A stretch of DNA of 37,756 nt from a virus. Numbering within the stretch: the first letter of the stretch is position 1; each line of letters begins with the position of its first letter. Below the pieces are notes generated by a model. The model was not told the origin of the DNA, did no database searches, and saw only the letters and a list, made by a program, of their open reading frames with translations. The stretch lies in the IMG/VR virus record IMGVR_UViG_3300045988_093993; one strand, given 5' to 3'. Of this stretch, positions 8,284 through 16,850 are shown piece by piece. Made by a program: the position numbers and the translations under genes.

Positions 8284-8479
8284 AAATGTGATTCGCAGTA
8301 TCAGAAAAGGATCTGTGCAATGGAATGAAGAAGATCGACTCAAGGTAGCAACGTTGTTGTTAAAGGCGGGATACTCAGTCAGGATCGGAAGGATTGTAAC
8401 AGATACAGGAAGTAAGTCTTCGAGCAGAGGAAAGACGGAATATGTAATAGAATACTGGGAGGAAAAAGAAACATGCTGA
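8276..8479 (+). CDS. Hypothetical small early protein
   Basis: Overlapping start/stop with the upstream gene. Confidence 0.5.
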   Translation: MSRNVIRSIRKGSVQWNEEDRLKVATLLLKAGYSVRIGRIVTDTGSKSSSRGKTEYVIEYWEEKETC

Positions 8480-8628
8480 TAGAAAAGACATTAAAAGAGG
8501 CATTGGCAGACTACATAAAGGGCAAATTTAAATATCGAAGATAGTCGAAAATGATCGGAACAGTACGTTGACAATTGAATATTGATGTAAAAGTCAGTAT
8601 TCAATTGCCGGGAGAAAGGAAGAAAATT

Positions 8629-9198
8629 GTGCATTACTGTATACATTTATTAACTAAACAATTAGCTACAGAAAAGGAAATTGAAAAGATTATGGAACCA
8701 TATAGATGGGATTCGATAGACGATGAGAAGAAAAAAATAGAATATCCGGTGTTTACGTGGGATTGGTATCAGATTGGTGGAAGATACAGTGCTTATCTCA
8801 AACTGAAAGTAGATATAGAAGATTCAGAAAACAGAGAGCATTATAACTGGAGGTATTTGGAAAACAATCCAAGGAACGAAAGACTGTTCCATTCTGCACT
8901 GTTAAGCGAATTAAAAAGAAATGCAAAAGTGCCATTTGCATATACAGAAGAATCATATTTCTCGAATATGGGATACCGTGATGGATACATTCTTGTTGAC
9001 GGAGCAAGACAGAAAGACATCTTGAATCTGGACGAGCTCGGATGCTTTGGATGTGTTTTGCCAGACGGATCAGCGATTGCCAGAGAATCGTGGACTGGTA
9101 ATGGATTTGTCGAAGATGATAAGTTCGAAGAGAAATATAAGAAAGCGGTAGCTGACAATATGGACGGATTCCTTACTGTACTGGATATACACGATTAG
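8629..9198 (+). CDS. Hypothetical protein (WDWYQIGGRY motif family); start probably GTG 8629 rather than the track start 8575
   Basis: GGAGAAAGGAAG RBS precedes GTG 8629. The track start lies inside an inverted repeat. Confidence 0.5.
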   Translation: MHYCIHLLTKQLATEKEIEKIMEPYRWDSIDDEKKKIEYPVFTWDWYQIGGRYSAYLKLKVDIEDSENREHYNWRYLENNPRNERLFHSALLSELKRNAKVPFAYTEESYFSNMGYRDGYILVDGARQKDILNLDELGCFGCVLPDGSAIARESWTGNGFVEDDKFEEKYKKAVADNMDGFLTVLDIHD

Positions 9199-9276
9199 CG
9201 AGGAAAGGTTATGGGATGCAGAATTGAATGTGTAGTAGATAAGAAGAATGCCCGGATTATGTAAAGGAGGACGAAA

Positions 9277-9459
9277 ATGAGGAAAGAATCACTTATTCAT
9301 AAAATCCTGAGGAAACTTGGATTTATCAAAGACATTGAGGATGATAGGGAATTAAAAATGGAGATGTGCAAAAGAGCAATAAAGGCAAATGTATGCCCAG
9401 AGGATTGCGACATTTGCGCATGGGATGTGAAAGGTGGATCAAGTTATGAGAATCATTAG
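9277..9459 (+). CDS. Hypothetical small Cys-containing protein
   Basis: AAGGAGG RBS. CPEDCDICAW motif. Confidence 0.5.
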   Translation: MRKESLIHKILRKLGFIKDIEDDRELKMEMCKRAIKANVCPEDCDICAWDVKGGSSYENH

Positions 9460-9790
9460 TCAGGACAAAGAGTTTGATTTACCTTACGAGGAAACAACGA
9501 TTCGAGTTTTTACAAATGGAACAGTAGCTGCATTTCCATTAACCGATTTGGAAAGTAATGCTTTTATTATAATGGCGGAATATTCCACCAAAGAGAAAGC
9601 GATTAAGGCTATGGAGATGTGCAGAAAACAGTATATGGACGGTGAATACAATCGAAATTCACTATCTGGAGTTGCTGAGAGCATTGGACGGTTAAGTGAG
9701 GGACTTGCTTCGGTTTTTAAAGAGGGCGTTTGTCAAACATTTGTTTTTAAATTTCCGGCAGATGAAGAGGTGCAAGAGTATGGAAAATAA
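9446..9790 (+). CDS. Hypothetical protein (start ATG 9446 preferred)
   Basis: AAAGGTGG lies 9 nt upstream of ATG 9446. Confidence 0.5.
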   Translation: MRIISQDKEFDLPYEETTIRVFTNGTVAAFPLTDLESNAFIIMAEYSTKEKAIKAMEMCRKQYMDGEYNRNSLSGVAESIGRLSEGLASVFKEGVCQTFVFKFPADEEVQEYGK

Positions 9791-10037
9791 GAAATTAAAA
9801 GAATATCTGGATGAATTCAAGGATGATGCAGCACTCCACGTTATTGTCGCAAATCCACAGGACAGAAAAATATATGTACCGTATGAGTTAAATATGATCT
9901 GTGATAAGGGACAGAAAGATCCGGTGTTATGTATTGAAGTTGGGCAACCTCAGGATATGGATGCAGAATTGGTAGAAGCAGCTATGGAAGATGAGAGGGC
10001 GGCACAGCCGGAACTTCCAAAACTCAAAAAACAATGA
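9780..10037 (+). CDS. Hypothetical protein (start ATG 9780 within track ORF 9696..10037)
   Basis: GAGGTG RBS. The ATG overlaps the previous stop. Confidence 0.45.
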   Translation: MENKKLKEYLDEFKDDAALHVIVANPQDRKIYVPYELNMICDKGQKDPVLCIEVGQPQDMDAELVEAAMEDERAAQPELPKLKKQ

Positions 10038-10329
10038 GGAGAGAAAAGAGTTTCTGGCGAAATACCGGGAGTGGCCGGTATGGTTTGAAGTTCCGCAGGC
10101 AGAGGAAACCTATTATAGATATATTCTTCCAGATGGATCAGCAATCGTTATCTGCGAGTATAAGCATTATAACGAGTGGTGGGAGAACAAATATGTTCCG
10201 GGAGAACCAGAAGGAACGCTGACTGTAGAGTATTTGCTTGAACCGGGATATAAGCATCTGCATAATTGCAAAACAAACCAGACTGCGTTGATCAGAAAGT
10301 TGATGGAGGTGCAAAGAAATGGGCAATAG
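9991..10329 (+). CDS. Hypothetical protein
   Basis: 112-aa ORF in the co-oriented block. Start uncertain. Confidence 0.45.
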   Translation: MRGRHSRNFQNSKNNEERKEFLAKYREWPVWFEVPQAEETYYRYILPDGSAIVICEYKHYNEWWENKYVPGEPEGTLTVEYLLEPGYKHLHNCKTNQTALIRKLMEVQRNGQ

Positions 10330-10543
10330 ATGGATTCCAACAACAGAACGTCTCCCAGATCAACGGGAGTTTATAGAATCATATGTCAGAAGTGCATATG
10401 CAGCGGAGTTTCTGGTCACGATCGAGGGAGCAGATAAGGCAACAACATTGTATTATTCCCAGACAGGTGTCTGGTTCGATGAACAGGGAGAACCGTATAA
10501 GGTTGTGGCGTGGATGCCGCTTCCGGAAAGGTATAAGGGATAA
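10319..10543 (+). CDS. DUF551-like phage protein
   Basis: RWIPTTERLP ... VVAWMPLPERY matches the DUF551 pattern. Confidence 0.55.
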   Translation: MGNRWIPTTERLPDQREFIESYVRSAYAAEFLVTIEGADKATTLYYSQTGVWFDEQGEPYKVVAWMPLPERYKG

Positions 10544-10687
10544 ATGGAAGAGGATAAATACACAATGTATGCGGTAAAAAAGATTTGTATCTGGATGATA
10601 ACAGCTATAACCATTCTGATAGCAATGAAATGGACGGGATCGGCGTGGTGCTTATGGGCGTTTTGCATTCCGGCTATATTAGAGTGA
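10544..10687 (+). CDS. Possible 47-aa membrane peptide (below the track cutoff)
   Basis: ATG directly after the previous TAA. The hydrophobic core ICIWMITAITILIAMKW was translated by hand. Confidence 0.35.
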   Translation: MEEDKYTMYAVKKICIWMITAITILIAMKWTGSAWCLWAFCIPAILE

Positions 10688-10708
10688 TGATGGATAGAAG
10701 GTGATAAT

Positions 10709-10909
10709 TTGCAGGAGAAACGAAGCAGAAAAGAACAGCGGCGGGACAGGCAGCAGCATTATGAAGAGTTGGAGAGCCGGCATGATGCAAAGGCGTTGGA
10801 GAGATTTAAGCGACCGGCTTACCAGAGCGTAAGCGTTGCGGAATATCTGGCAAGGAAGTATGACATTACAGCGGAGGTGGATACCGGTGGACAAGGGCAT
10901 TTTGATTGA
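10709..10909 (+). CDS. Hypothetical basic small protein
   Basis: TTG start after GAAGGTGA. Confidence 0.4.
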   Translation: MQEKRSRKEQRRDRQQHYEELESRHDAKALERFKRPAYQSVSVAEYLARKYDITAEVDTGGQGHFD

Positions 10910-11369
10910 GTACGCGGATATGAAAGAAGAGATTAAGGATCTGCGCCGGAGAATTGAAAAAATCCAGAAAGAATTGGATAAACTGCATGGACAAATTGTT
11001 GTGGATTCGGTATCATGTGGCAAGAAGGGCAAGAAGCCACTTGGCACGGTGAAGATCACTGGCAGACCAGTTGGTGTGATTTCCAGAAAAGAACAGCTGC
11101 TGAAAAAGCGGAACAGAAGGCTTGAGGAGCTGGAGGAAGAACTTCTGGAAATGACAATCCAGGTGGAAGAGTACATAGAATCCATTGAGAAGAGTGAGTC
11201 GCGGATTATCTTCCGACTGTATTTTCTGGATGATTTATCGTATCCAAAGGTTGCAGATCAGATGAACAAAATGTTTCCGAAACGCCGAATCCGGTACACA
11301 GATGAGAACGTCCGTAAAAAAATTCAAAGATATTTTGAAAATGTCCCACAATGTCCGGATAAAAAGTGA
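10887..11369 (+). CDS. Putative late-gene transcriptional activator (coiled-coil N-terminus, sigma-70 region-4-like HTH C-terminus)
   Basis: GTG 10887 after GGAGGTGG. C-terminal SRIIFRLYFLDDLSYPKVADQM resembles a region-4 HTH. It is the last gene before the packaging block. Confidence 0.45.
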   Translation: MDKGILIEYADMKEEIKDLRRRIEKIQKELDKLHGQIVVDSVSCGKKGKKPLGTVKITGRPVGVISRKEQLLKKRNRRLEELEEELLEMTIQVEEYIESIEKSESRIIFRLYFLDDLSYPKVADQMNKMFPKRRIRYTDENVRKKIQRYFENVPQCPDKK

Positions 11370-11455
11370 TAGAGTATAAACTGGAATTGATGAAATGTAA
11401 CAAGGTAAGACATTTTTGATGGTTCCTCCGATCGTAAGTATTTAAAACCATGAAG

Positions 11456-11485
11456 AGACACCTGGTATTGCTGGGTGTCTTTTTC
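11456..11485 (+). terminator. Rho-independent terminator
   Basis: AGACACC-loop-GGTGTCT stem followed by TTTTT. Confidence 0.7.
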
Positions 11486-11486
11486 G

Positions 11487-11515
11487 TTGCGTAATGTCGA
11501 AAAAAGGGGTATTAT
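11487..11515 (+). promoter_or_regulatory. Candidate promoter of the P-loop moron: TTGCGT-17 nt-TATTAT
   Basis: Hexamers and spacing counted directly. Lies between the terminator and the RBS. Confidence 0.45.
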
Positions 11516-11546
11516 AGGAATGGATTTTTTATGAGTGGAGGAAAAC

Positions 11547-13076
11547 ATGGGAAAAGATATTACGCTTAATGATATTTACTTTGGAAGAGCTGATGGTTCG
11601 CAAGAAGCTGAAGATAAGAATTTTGAAAACCTTTTTTATAATGGAAATAAAAAGTATGATTTATTAAATGATAATCCAGATAAATATATCATTTCCGGAA
11701 GAAAAGGAACGGGAAAAACAATTTTAGCAAAGTATTTTGAAAAAGAAAAAAATAAAGAGGGCATTCCCACTAAGATATTGAATAAACGAGAATTGGTTTT
11801 GAATTTATATCTTGAAAAAGGGAAATATGCATTAGATAGGCAGGAGCAAGAATTATTTATTGAGTATACTTTATTGTGTGAAATGTCAAAACTAATATTG
11901 GAAAATAAGAGGAAGTTATTTAAAGTTAAAAATATATTGAAATTATGGAAAATACAGAAAAATTTAAAATGTTTAAAACAATTAGTGGAAGAAAGATATC
12001 CGGGTAAGAATTACTATAAGGAATCATACAGTACTGTAAATAATCACGAAGCGAATGCCAGTGATAAAATTAAAAATGGTAGAATTGAAACAGCACTTAA
12101 CGCAAAAATAGGTTATAGTATAGATGAAAAATTTCAAAAAAGTCCGTATTATCAAATTATTGATAAAATGAAAAAGACGTTATTTTATCTCATGAAAATA
12201 ATGCCAGTGAATGTTATTTTTGATGATTTGGATGAATTAGAAGAAAAGCTAGATGAGAATGAAAATCTGATTTATTTTTTAATTGATTTCATTGAAGTGT
12301 CGAATTCTTTAAATACGCAAATAAGGAAAGAAGGCATATACAATAGTCGAATAATCATTCTTATAAGATCGGATATAATAAAACTTTTAAATGAAAATTC
12401 GTCTAATCTCAATAAAATAATTACTGATTCAGAAATTCGACTTAATTGGATAAAAAAGGTTAAAGGAAATGAGATGCATCCTCTTATGGAATTAATTGTG
12501 ACTAAAATTAAAAAGTCTAATTCTGAATTAATTAACTTAAGCAACGAAGAAGTAGAGAGTAGATTTTTTCCACAAAAGGTTAATGGAATTCCAGTAATGG
12601 ATCATATGCTAAATTGCAGTTTTGGAAGACCTAGGGATATTGTTACGATGCTGAATGTAATAAAAAATGAATATCCGGATAAGAAAGCTTTTTATTCGGA
12701 GTTATTTAAAAGTACACAGCAGGAATATTCAATTAAATTTACGGATGAATTGAGAAATGAATTATCCACACATTATGAGTCAACTGTCATTAAAGAATGT
12801 TTTAGTATAATCCATTCTATAAACAAGAGAACTTTTTGGATTTCAGATATTGAGAAGGCGTTAGAAAAAAATGTAGATGAAAATTCATTTTTTAAAACTA
12901 AAGAGCAGTTTGCAGATTTTATATATGCCTATGGAATAGCTGGAAATATATGGCAAAATGAGGGAAATAGAAAAAATAATTTTTCATGGAAATATAGGGA
13001 AGATGGAAATGAGAGTCCGGATTATAATAAAAAGTTCTATTTACATATAGGATTAAGAAAGACCTTATTGGGATAA
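11547..13076 (+). CDS. AT-rich AAA+/STAND-like P-loop NTPase (moron; candidate defence/exclusion protein)
   Basis: Walker A GRKGTGKT, Walker B VIFDDLDE, sensor-like GRPRDIV. GGAGG RBS plus ATG 11547. Own promoter, and terminators on both sides. Confidence 0.75.
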   Translation: MGKDITLNDIYFGRADGSQEAEDKNFENLFYNGNKKYDLLNDNPDKYIISGRKGTGKTILAKYFEKEKNKEGIPTKILNKRELVLNLYLEKGKYALDRQEQELFIEYTLLCEMSKLILENKRKLFKVKNILKLWKIQKNLKCLKQLVEERYPGKNYYKESYSTVNNHEANASDKIKNGRIETALNAKIGYSIDEKFQKSPYYQIIDKMKKTLFYLMKIMPVNVIFDDLDELEEKLDENENLIYFLIDFIEVSNSLNTQIRKEGIYNSRIIILIRSDIIKLLNENSSNLNKIITDSEIRLNWIKKVKGNEMHPLMELIVTKIKKSNSELINLSNEEVESRFFPQKVNGIPVMDHMLNCSFGRPRDIVTMLNVIKNEYPDKKAFYSELFKSTQQEYSIKFTDELRNELSTHYESTVIKECFSIIHSINKRTFWISDIEKALEKNVDENSFFKTKEQFADFIYAYGIAGNIWQNEGNRKNNFSWKYREDGNESPDYNKKFYLHIGLRKTLLG

Positions 13077-13119
13077 AAAAACGTGTGAAAAATACTTTGT
13101 TGTTTTTCACACGTTTTTT
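13077..13119. terminator. Strong bidirectional-type terminator
   Basis: A-run, CGTGTGAAAAA ... TTTTTCACACG stem, then TTTTTT. Confidence 0.8.
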
Positions 13120-13259
13120 ATGAGAGCATCTACATCTCTCCACATATAAAAATATTTATCAAGCTTTCTTATGCTTACACCAGCATTATATGCTTAAAAC
13201 ATATTATAAGCAAGTCTTTTGGAAAAAAATTAACGTAAAATTCACATTTAAAATGTTTA

Positions 13260-13282
13260 AGCACACTCCGGGGTGCTTTTTT
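13260..13282 (+). terminator. Weak terminator-like hairpin plus T6
   Basis: AGCAC-loop-GTGCT followed by TTTTTT. Confidence 0.35.
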
Positions 13283-13295
13283 AATACACAAAATT

Positions 13296-13367
13296 GGATC
13301 ATTAGTTCAGCGGTAGAACATTCGCCTCATAAGCGAAATGTCACAGGTTCGATACCTGTATGATCTA
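13296..13367 (+). tRNA. tRNA with CAT anticodon (elongator Met, or Ile2 if lysidine-modified)
   Basis: Hand-folded cloverleaf: acceptor GGATCAT/ATGATCT, D stem GTTC/GAAC, anticodon stem TTCGC/GCGAA with loop CTCATAA, T arm ACAGG-TTCGATA-CCTGT. Confidence 0.85.
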
Positions 13368-13404
13368 TCAATAACAAAAAAGATAGAAAAGGTGGTGAGT
13401 CCGA

Positions 13405-13854
13405 GTGACAAAAAAACAGAAAATATTTGCAGATGAATATCTGATTGATTTAAATGCCACTCGGGCTTACAAAGTGGCGTATCCAAATGTTAAGAATGAT
13501 GTTACAGCAGCTGCAGCGGCAAGTAGATTGTTAAGAAATGTTAAGGTTCAAGAGTATATCGCACAGAGAATGGCGGAAAAGGAATCCAAGCGCATTGCTG
13601 ATCAGGATGAGGTCCTCAGGTATTTAACTTCTGTTCTCCGGGGAAAAAGCCGGGCACAGGAGATTGTGGTAGAAGGAATCGGAGAAGGCTGTAGTGAAGC
13701 GAGAACGATGGAGAAAGCGCCGTCAGAAAAAGAACGGTTGAAAGCTGCAGAACTGCTCGGTAAACGGTATGCATTATTTACGGATAAGGTAGACATGGAT
13801 GCTGATATGGACCTGAATATCACAATTGATTATGGTGAGGCTGATATAGGGTGA
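13405..13854 (+). CDS. terS: Terminase small subunit (P27/Terminase_4-like)
   Basis: KQKIFADEYLIDLNATRAYKVAYPNVK...ASRLLRNVKVQEYI is the typical N-terminal HTH of this family. Confidence 0.8.
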   Translation: MTKKQKIFADEYLIDLNATRAYKVAYPNVKNDVTAAAAASRLLRNVKVQEYIAQRMAEKESKRIADQDEVLRYLTSVLRGKSRAQEIVVEGIGEGCSEARTMEKAPSEKERLKAAELLGKRYALFTDKVDMDADMDLNITIDYGEADIG

Positions 13855-15110
13855 AGATAAATGTACAGGCAAACCCATGCTTTAAAGAGGTTGACCAGAG
13901 CCATAAGCGATACATAGTCATGAAGGGTTCAGCCGGATCTGGGAAGAGTGTAGACACAGCTCAGAATTATATCTTGCGGCTGATGCAGGACAAGGGAAGA
14001 AATCTGGTTGCCATGCGTAAATCAGATATCACCAACAGAGACAGTACCTTTGCGGAGCTTACAGGTTCACTGTATAAGATGTTTGGTGATAAAGCGGATG
14101 CATACTGGAAAATCAACCGAAGCCCCCTGATGCTGACATGTAGAAGTAATGGGAACCAGATCATTTTCCGTGGAATGAATGACGACAGGCAACGGGAAAA
14201 ACTGAAGTCCATTACGTTTCCGAAGGGAAAGCTGACGGATGTATGGATGGAAGAGGCAACGGAGTTTACCCAGGCGGATCTTGAAATCATTGATGACCGT
14301 TTGCGTGGAGAGCTTCCACCGGGACAATTTTATCAAATTAGGATGACCTTCAATCCAGTAAACAAAAATCACTGGATTAAGAAGGTCTTTTTTGACCTTC
14401 CGGATTCCAACGTCCTGACGCATCACAGCACATACCTTGGCAACCGGTTTATTGATGATGCATACCGGCAGCGTATGGAACGTCGAAAGATTGTTGATCC
14501 GGAAGGCTACCAGATATACGGACTTGGTGAATGGGGCGAGATTGGCGGACTGATCCTGCATAACTGGGAGGTTCGGGAAGTATCACAGAATCTTAATGAT
14601 TATGATGATGTGGCTATCGGGCAGGACTTTGGATTTAACCATGCAGACGCCATATTGCTTGTAGGAATTAAAGACGGGAATTTACATATCATCGATGAGA
14701 TTTATGAGCATGAAAAAGAAACGGCTGAGATTATACCAATAGCCATACAGCATGCGATACCGACAAATAAAATAATGTGGTGTGACAGCGCCGAGCCGGA
14801 CAGGATTAAGACCTGGAGAAATGCGGGATACAGAGCTAAAGGTGTTGATAAAGGCGGTTCAAATGGTTCGGTGAAAGCACAGATTGACTGGATAAAAGGT
14901 GTAGTCGATAAGAAGCACACGGTTAAACGCAGGATCTATGTTGCTCCACATTGTGTAAATACGATCAAGGAGCTACAGCAATGGAAGTGGAAGAAGGATG
15001 AAAAGACAGGTGAATACATGGATGATCCGGTTCCAATCATGGATGATGCAATGGCAGCGTTACGATATGCTGTTGAGGGATGGCGTAAAGCAAGTAAATG
15101 GCTGATGTAA
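13851..15110 (+). CDS. terL: Terminase large subunit (PBSX/Terminase_3-like)
   Basis: Walker A GSAGSGKS, Walker B-like DVWMEEATE, nuclease part QDFGFNHADA. GTGA overlap with terS. Confidence 0.9.
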   Translation: MKINVQANPCFKEVDQSHKRYIVMKGSAGSGKSVDTAQNYILRLMQDKGRNLVAMRKSDITNRDSTFAELTGSLYKMFGDKADAYWKINRSPLMLTCRSNGNQIIFRGMNDDRQREKLKSITFPKGKLTDVWMEEATEFTQADLEIIDDRLRGELPPGQFYQIRMTFNPVNKNHWIKKVFFDLPDSNVLTHHSTYLGNRFIDDAYRQRMERRKIVDPEGYQIYGLGEWGEIGGLILHNWEVREVSQNLNDYDDVAIGQDFGFNHADAILLVGIKDGNLHIIDEIYEHEKETAEIIPIAIQHAIPTNKIMWCDSAEPDRIKTWRNAGYRAKGVDKGGSNGSVKAQIDWIKGVVDKKHTVKRRIYVAPHCVNTIKELQQWKWKKDEKTGEYMDDPVPIMDDAMAALRYAVEGWRKASKWLM

Positions 15111-15164
15111 ATAGAATGAAGACAATTGACGGGCAGCGTGCACAGCACCAGCGGTTTTTTTAGA

Positions 15165-15192
15165 CAGTCTCAGACGAGGCTGTGATTTTTTT
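15165..15192 (+). terminator. Terminator-like hairpin plus T7
   Basis: CAGTCTC-AGAC-GAGGCTG (one G-U pair) followed by TGATTTTTTT. Confidence 0.55.
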
Positions 15193-15291
15193 ACCGTTAA
15201 CAGAATTGCATTTGGTGTGAATGCAACACCTCCTTTCCCGGTCGCAATCGGCGGTCGATTATGGTGCTGGCAGGACTGTCATTTATATACA

Positions 15292-15349
15292 GGGATTATA
15301 GCTCAGTGGTAGAGCACAGAGGTCACAGGTTCGATTCCTGTTAATCCCT
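15292..15349 (+). ncRNA. tRNA-like element lacking the anticodon arm (truncated tRNA / tRNA pseudogene)
   Basis: Acceptor GGGATTA/TAATCCC, D arm GCTC-AGTGGTA-GAGC and T arm ACAGG-TTCGATT-CCTGT are intact. Only 8 nt (CAGAGGTC) sit where about 22 nt of anticodon arm plus variable loop should be. Confidence 0.7.
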
Positions 15350-15382
15350 ATTTACTAAATAACAGAAGGAAGGTGTAAAAAG

Positions 15383-16840
15383 TTGCTGGATGTATCAGAG
15401 ATACAGAAATTCATAGAAAATGATCTGGTGTCTGAAAAGAAAAAGTTCGCAGGTATCGGCCAGAAATACTATGAGGGCGAGCATGATATCAGAAAATACA
15501 GACTGTTTTATTATAACGCAGACGGGAAGTTTGTTGAGGATCAGGTGAGGTCTAATGTGAAGATCAGTCATCCGTTTTTCACGGAGCTTGCTGATCAGTT
15601 GTCGGCTTATATGCTGTCATTCAAAGAGACTCCGGTACAGGCAAAGGATACAGCGGATGGATTGCAGGATTTCCTTGATCTGTATTTTGATGATGATTTC
15701 TGGTCTGAAGTAAGTGATGTGGTCACAGGAGCTTATACGAAAGGGTTTGAATATATTTTTGCATATAAGAATGCTTCGGACAAGCTTGCCTTCCAGTGCG
15801 CTGATAGTATGGGCGTGATTGAGTGTCAGGAGAAAGACACATCCGATCATCAACGGTATATGATCTATCATTATGTGGAGCGCATAGAGAATGGTCGGAA
15901 GGTGATCCGGAAGATTCAGGTATGGTCAGAAAATGAGACATACTATTATGTCCAGGAAGGGATAAATGGAAAGATCACTCCGGATGCATCGGAGGCAGTA
16001 AATCCAAGACCGCATATCGTATTTACAGATAAGAAGACGGGGATGAAAATGGGATGTTCACTTGGCTATATTCCATTTTGGCGATTGGATTATAACAAAA
16101 AGCAGTTCAGTGGATTGAAACCAATCAAGGACCTGATCGATGACTACGACATCATGGAGTGTGGGTTGTCCAATAACCTGAAAGATTTTGATTCACCGTT
16201 GTATGTGGTAAAAGGCTTTCAGGGAGACAATCTGGATGAATTGCAGCAGAATCTTAAAACCAAAAAGATTGTTGGAACAGATTCGGAAGGAGATGTGGAA
16301 GTCAGGACAATCGATATTCCGTATCAGGCAAGAAAAGCAAAGGCAGATGAGGATGAAAAGAACATCTATCGATTTGGAATGGGATTTAATTCCTCTCAGA
16401 CAGGGGATGGAAATATCACGAATATTGTGATCAAGTCGCGGTATGCTCTGCTTGATTTAAAAGCGAATAAGCTGGAAAAGAGGTTAAGGCGGTTGCTGAA
16501 ACAGCTGATTAAAGTTGTTCTGGATGAAATCAATTTTATGAATGGCACAGGATATCAGATCACAGATGTCAAGATGAAGTTTGACCGGTCCATTATGACA
16601 AATGAATCAGAAAATGTAACCAATGAGAAGACAGAAGCAGATACACAGCAAGTCCGTGTCAATACAATTCTGAATATTGCAGAACAGATCGGTGACGAGC
16701 AGACACTGAAAGCTCTGTGTGATGTAATGGACTGGGACTATGAAGAATTGAAAGATCAAGTGCAGAAAGAAGGAAATACGGCATCTGATGCAAGAAAAGC
16801 ATTGGAGCAGGTCATTCCGGAAGATGTCGGTACAGAGTAG
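15383..16840 (+). CDS. Portal protein (SPP1 gp6-like)
   Basis: 485 aa, directly after terL. TTG start after GGAAGGTG. Position and size are typical. Confidence 0.8.
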   Translation: MLDVSEIQKFIENDLVSEKKKFAGIGQKYYEGEHDIRKYRLFYYNADGKFVEDQVRSNVKISHPFFTELADQLSAYMLSFKETPVQAKDTADGLQDFLDLYFDDDFWSEVSDVVTGAYTKGFEYIFAYKNASDKLAFQCADSMGVIECQEKDTSDHQRYMIYHYVERIENGRKVIRKIQVWSENETYYYVQEGINGKITPDASEAVNPRPHIVFTDKKTGMKMGCSLGYIPFWRLDYNKKQFSGLKPIKDLIDDYDIMECGLSNNLKDFDSPLYVVKGFQGDNLDELQQNLKTKKIVGTDSEGDVEVRTIDIPYQARKAKADEDEKNIYRFGMGFNSSQTGDGNITNIVIKSRYALLDLKANKLEKRLRRLLKQLIKVVLDEINFMNGTGYQITDVKMKFDRSIMTNESENVTNEKTEADTQQVRVNTILNIAEQIGDEQTLKALCDVMDWDYEELKDQVQKEGNTASDARKALEQVIPEDVGTE

Positions 16841-16850
16841 GTGATACGGA

